Shown in pieces: positions 31,814-32,000 of a stretch of DNA of 32,000 bases. The number at the start of each line of letters is the position of its first letter. Positions within the stretch are counted from its first letter, which is position 1. A program made the position numbers and the translations under genes. The notes under the pieces were generated by a model. That model was not told the DNA's origin, did not search any database, and saw only the letters and a list, made by a program, of their open reading frames with translations. The stretch is taken from positions 1,020,001 to 1,052,000 of the forward strand of contig NC_013849.1 in NCBI RefSeq assembly GCF_000025505.1. Reading direction: 5' to 3'. Origin of the DNA: Ferroglobus placidus DSM 10642. GTDB taxonomy: Archaea > Halobacteriota > Archaeoglobi > Archaeoglobales > Archaeoglobaceae.

Positions 31814-32000
31814 GTGAGAAGAGCCATGGCGGTGTTGCTGATTTTAGTGATGCTGGGAAGTGTAGTGACTCCAGTGATGGCTGTAAAAACGTTAGAACCT
31901 CCCGTACATCCACCAAAATTCAAAGTAAAGATACCAGAGCCTTCACAACCTCTAAATGAATCCGAACTTTCGCACATAGTGATCCCCCTTCATTGGCTTT
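31814..32000 (+). CDS. Secreted protein, 5' part (continues beyond window)
   Basis: GAGGTGAT-gct-GTG-AGA start context. Signal peptide is [22 protein letters not shown]. The frame is open to the window end. Confidence 0.55.
   Translation, partial: MRRAMAVLLILVMLGSVVTPVMAVKTLEPPVHPPKFKVKIPEPSQPLNESELSHIVIPLHWL

Overview
This is an archaeal window. Evidence: GGAGGTGA-type ribosome-binding sites (RBS), TTTAWATA TATA boxes, apparently leaderless genes and archaeal-type tRNA features. The gene content looks Archaeoglobales/Ferroglobus-like, but that is inference only. It has three parts.

(1) 1-11.2 kb is a visibly GC-richer core. It holds a TIP49 fragment, a GNAT, a ferredoxin, an EamA transporter and an Lrp-like regulator. 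A tightly packed 9-gene + strand operon follows. It encodes a four-subunit class I (ATP-dependent, bzdNOPQ-order) benzoyl-CoA-reductase-like enzyme, a 2Fe-2S/4Fe-4S protein with a GIY-YIG-like tail, an SCP-x-type thiolase with a DUF35 partner, and an LLM/F420-type oxidoreductase.

(2) 11.2-15.4 kb is an AT-richer insert of about 4.2 kb. It is bounded by inverted copies of the 3' end of the adjacent octaheme cytochrome gene. It carries orphan genes, an (AT)6-frameshifted thioredoxin-fold gene, a DDE transposase and a tRNA. An octaheme HAO-like cytochrome c and an aminotransferase follow.

(3) 18.3-32 kb is the most unusual part, an AT-rich 'secretome island'. At least 12 secreted or membrane proteins sit in 4-5 operons. 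They include two Zn-phospholipase-C-like enzymes (one with a P-domain), a decayed metzincin, PPC-domain and PepSY-like proteins, and orphan families. Each operon is headed by a conserved ~78-bp palindromic double-TATA cassette plus a conserved RBS and signal-peptide module. A membrane-anchored tandem-wHTH regulator lies beside the island. Several island genes are broken by homopolymer or dinucleotide indels or by in-frame stops. No CRISPR array or rRNA was seen.
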